A stretch of DNA of 64,000 bases, taken from positions 64,001-128,000 of the forward strand of contig CAWJGT010000025.1 in the NCBI GenBank assembly GCA_963842525.1. The letters are read 5' to 3'. Origin of the DNA: an uncultured Holophagales bacterium (GTDB lineage: Bacteria > Acidobacteriota > Thermoanaerobaculia > Multivoradales > UBA5704). Under the pieces are notes generated by a model, which worked only from the letters and a program-made list of their open reading frames with translations, searched no databases and was not told the DNA's origin. Positions 61,330 through 64,000 of this stretch are shown one piece after another. A program made the translations under genes and the position numbers. The number at the start of each line of letters is the position of its first letter. Position 1 is the first letter of the stretch.

Positions 61330-62142
61330 TTACCGCCCCTTCCAGGGTTCGCCGGGCAACCGGGTGAGCAGGGCTTCTTGAATCTGCCGCGCAGCTTCTT
61401 CCAGATTCCAGTCGACCCCTGAGGAAAGAAGAGGGGCCAAGTCCTGGGTGAAGACGGGGTCCTCGAGCTTTGCCAAGAGGTTCGACTCAAACTCAGCCCT
61501 GGAGATCCGTGTTCCGCCCCGATTTGTATATTCCAGAAAGCAATGGACAATCCTCTCCATGTTCGCTCTCTCCTGCCGGAGAGCGAGCCAGAGATCAAAA
61601 AGATCTCTGCTTTTCCTCCGCTGATAAAGAGCCCTCAGCTTGGTTCCCAGAAGCTCGTCCAGACAGAAGCTCCGAATGTTGGCGTCTCCCGAGAACCAGC
61701 GCGAGCGGACCTCAAACCGGTGTTCCTCCATATCAAAGACTGAGAAGTGTTCCCGTGAGTTGATCTCTACCTTGAGCCGCATTGGCAAGACCGGCGGCCC
61801 TTCGGATTGCATCCTGTACGTCAATGCGACCCGCCCTTCTCCAAAGCTCCGCTTGGGAAACCCCAACCAGGGATCGAGCGCTCCACGGATCGCGGTCAAA
61901 ACGGGACCGATCGGCTCTGGCCGTACCTGCACGAGGTCGATGTCTTCCGAATATCGAAACCCTGGTCGGAGGTGCAGTTTGTAGATTGCAGTCCCGCCGC
62001 GGAAGACCAGGGCATCGGCAATCTCCGGCCGGCTGAACATCTCGACGAGCGCGCGACAAATGATCAGGTCCTGTTCGACCTGAATGTCCCGGATCCAAGG
62101 CGCGTGTTGGCGCCACTCGGTGATGAAAGCAGCGGGGATCAG
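61330..62142 (-). CDS. AbiEii nucleotidyltransferase toxin (type IV TA); apparent CTG start
   Basis: QVEQDLII, FRGGTA, RYSEDID, KLRALYQR..RDLFD. Confidence 0.88.
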   Translation of the reverse strand: MIPAAFITEWRQHAPWIRDIQVEQDLIICRALVEMFSRPEIADALVFRGGTAIYKLHLRPGFRYSEDIDLVQVRPEPIGPVLTAIRGALDPWLGFPKRSFGEGRVALTYRMQSEGPPVLPMRLKVEINSREHFSVFDMEEHRFEVRSRWFSGDANIRSFCLDELLGTKLRALYQRRKSRDLFDLWLALRQERANMERIVHCFLEYTNRGGTRISRAEFESNLLAKLEDPVFTQDLAPLLSSGVDWNLEEAARQIQEALLTRLPGEPWKGR

Positions 62143-62921
62143 AGCTCGGCCTCAACCGTGGTGTTGACGGCCACCTTCCAGCGAGGGTCGCGAGGGGTCC
62201 CTCTCATCGGGGTGGCCGGAGCGAGGGGGGTCACGTGAGGGGCCTTGTCCGCCACGAGCCCGGCAAGAGCACCCGCGGCTTCGGTCGCTCCCAGGTGGTC
62301 CAGGAGATAGCCCAGACGCTGTGCCCAGGGTAGCGGCGAGAAGCGGGCGGCCTCGGCAAGCCGGTCCGGGTCGAGAGTCTCCGCCAGACTGGAAAGCACG
62401 GTCGCGACATTGTCCAGGCCGGCGCAGTGCTCCGGGTAGCCCACCAGGTCCAGGGCTGTCGCTTCAGAGGTAGAGACCCGGATAGTGCCCCGAGGGGTGT
62501 TGAAGAGCCGGACCGGGATTTCGTGGGCGTTGTTCCGCGCGATGAAGGCAACCTGGACTTGGCCGCAGTCCACGGCTGGGCGGTTCCTCTCGGTGATCAC
62601 CTGCAACTGCTGGGGGCTGTGATGGGCGGCGCCGTAGTACTCGGCAGCGCTGAGGAGCCCGACATAGTAGGGCTCGCCTAGGTGCCCCATGAGCTCATCG
62701 AGGAACTGCTCCCCCGGGAGGCAGCCGATCCGCCGATACTCTGGCGGGACGATGACGTAAAACCCCCGGAACGGCACTGCGATCTCGCCCTTCCGCATGA
62801 GCCGGCGCAACGCGGCACGCACGGCTGGGAGCGATACCCCCAAAGCGCTGGCAGCCTCTTCTGTGGTGAAGCAATACCGCCCGAGGGAGGCTAGAATGGC
62901 AATGTACTGAGCGGTGGTCAT
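62139..62921 (-). CDS. AbiEi antitoxin (wHTH plus AbiEi C-terminal domain)
   Basis: GRYCFTTEEA, RGFYVIVPPEY, YYVGLLSAAEYYGAAH, EATALDL. Confidence 0.88.
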   Translation of the reverse strand: MTTAQYIAILASLGRYCFTTEEAASALGVSLPAVRAALRRLMRKGEIAVPFRGFYVIVPPEYRRIGCLPGEQFLDELMGHLGEPYYVGLLSAAEYYGAAHHSPQQLQVITERNRPAVDCGQVQVAFIARNNAHEIPVRLFNTPRGTIRVSTSEATALDLVGYPEHCAGLDNVATVLSSLAETLDPDRLAEAARFSPLPWAQRLGYLLDHLGATEAAGALAGLVADKAPHVTPLAPATPMRGTPRDPRWKVAVNTTVEAEL

Positions 62922-62943
62922 GATGAGCCTCAAAGATGACTCC

Positions 62944-62972
62944 ACAAATGTAACACTTGGCGTTACTTTTGT
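62944..62972. promoter_or_regulatory. Inverted repeat, candidate AbiEi operator
   Basis: ACAAATGTAAC-acttggc-GTTACTTTTGT (10/11 match), 22 bp upstream of the abiEi ATG. Confidence 0.6.
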
Positions 62973-63039
62973 CGAGCGATCTTCATCCGACGCCAAGGCA
63001 CAACCTGTGGAATCATAGGAAAGCCTGGGAGCCAACCTC

Positions 63040-63516
63040 ATGGACAAAGACCAGATCCTCCGCGACCACCACCTCGAGCTGCTGCGAGGCAGCAGCGCCC
63101 ATGCCGACTTCGACACCGTCATCAAGGGCATCCCGCCCGAGCTGCGCGGCAAGAAGGCACCGGTCCTGCCGCACACCCTCTGGCAGCTCCTCGAGCACCT
63201 CCGCATGGCCCAGTGGGACATCCTGGACTTCAGCCGCAATCCCGATTACGCCGCGCTCAAATGGCCCGACGACTACTGGCCCGAGGCCGAGGCCCCGCCG
63301 GATGAAGCCGCCTGGGATCGCAGCGTCGAGGCGTTCCGCCGGGATCTCCAGGAGATGAAGGATCTGGTGGCCAATCCGGAGACGGACCTGTACGCAAAGA
63401 TCCCCTGGGGAGAAGGACAGACGATCCTCCGGGAGGCGATGCTGGTGGCGGACCACAACGGCTACCACCTGGGGCAGATGGTGTCGGTGCGGCAGGGGTT
63501 GGGAGCGTGGGGGTAG
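63040..63516 (+). CDS. DinB-family protein
   Basis: AHADF, WQLLEHLRMAQWDIL, ADHNGYHLGQ. Confidence 0.85.
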   Translation: MDKDQILRDHHLELLRGSSAHADFDTVIKGIPPELRGKKAPVLPHTLWQLLEHLRMAQWDILDFSRNPDYAALKWPDDYWPEAEAPPDEAAWDRSVEAFRRDLQEMKDLVANPETDLYAKIPWGEGQTILREAMLVADHNGYHLGQMVSVRQGLGAWG

Positions 63517-63519
63517 CTC

Positions 63520-63999
63520 TCAGTTAACCAGCAAAGAGTCGATCGTCACGGCCAGAGCTTCGGCATCGAATAGCGGTAGAGGGGTTGTGCGCATTTCTCC
63601 CGCTCGACTCAGTCTGATCAACATCCCTTTCCCATTGTAGGAGGGCAAGTCCAGGCCCATTTCCCTGAAAGCTTCTTTCGCCTCAATCCATTCCATCTGG
63701 ATGCTCGTCGTCCAGGAATCGATTTCTGGGGGCATCACAAAAAGAACCTTTGATAGCATATTCCTTTCGACAAGCCACTGAACCTCCCATTTAACCGACG
63801 TCCGGTTTGCTGGTACAAGGAAAATGGCAACGGCGCATTGCGCAAGCTGTGCGAAGGCATATTGCCAGTTATCGTCTGCAGTTGGAATGCGCCCTCCAAC
63901 ATCCGTCTCACCTGGAAACCCCAGCGCAACAAGTGGTTTCGAGGTCGATACGCTGCGACTTAGGAGAGCTTCCAGCGTCAGCTTTCGAGGTTCCGAGTG
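63520..63999 (-). CDS. Partial (5' end outside window) lower-GC hypothetical protein, possibly TIR-like fold
   Basis: Open frame to the window edge: LVALGFPGE..GGRI..DDNWQ..IFLVP..SVKWEVQWL..KVLFVMPP. Confidence 0.55.
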   Translation of the reverse strand, partial: HSEPRKLTLEALLSRSVSTSKPLVALGFPGETDVGGRIPTADDNWQYAFAQLAQCAVAIFLVPANRTSVKWEVQWLVERNMLSKVLFVMPPEIDSWTTSIQMEWIEAKEAFREMGLDLPSYNGKGMLIRLSRAGEMRTTPLPLFDAEALAVTIDSLLVN

Positions 64000-64000
64000 G

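Overview
GC-rich bacterial chromosomal window. The gene families suggest Acidobacteriota/Thermoanaerobaculia, but that is inference. Housekeeping genes: acs, biotin carboxylase/BCCP, dnaG-rpoD-tRNA-Asn, mutS2, pyrF. Also present: a putative envelope-glycosylation cluster with an orphan ectB, a type III PKS/FAAL/ACP phenolic-lipid cluster, a Tat-signal LanC-like gene, a BglII/BstYI-like type II R-M pair, an ECF sigma/anti-sigma/DUF4252 operon, LiaF-LytS-LytTR, and four toxin-antitoxin pairs. The most striking feature is a 4.27-kb IS1-family cargo transposon (56087-60356; 26-bp TIRs, 8-bp TSD). It carries three RHH-like proteins, a divergent promoter switch and a 70-nt tRNA/tmRNA-like RNA with an Ala-type acceptor stem and a UGA 'anticodon' loop, and it sits inside a 21-bp-period array. 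A second, sequence-unrelated 21-bp-period inverted array lies at the window start. Two mosaic regions (2635-3880 and 19850-22450) are built from 3' ends of a putative HUH/Y1-type element plus gene fragments, including near-exact pieces of a neighbouring gene. Several genes carry single-base frameshifts, mostly in G/C runs, probably long-read errors. All product calls come from motif recognition, not database searches.
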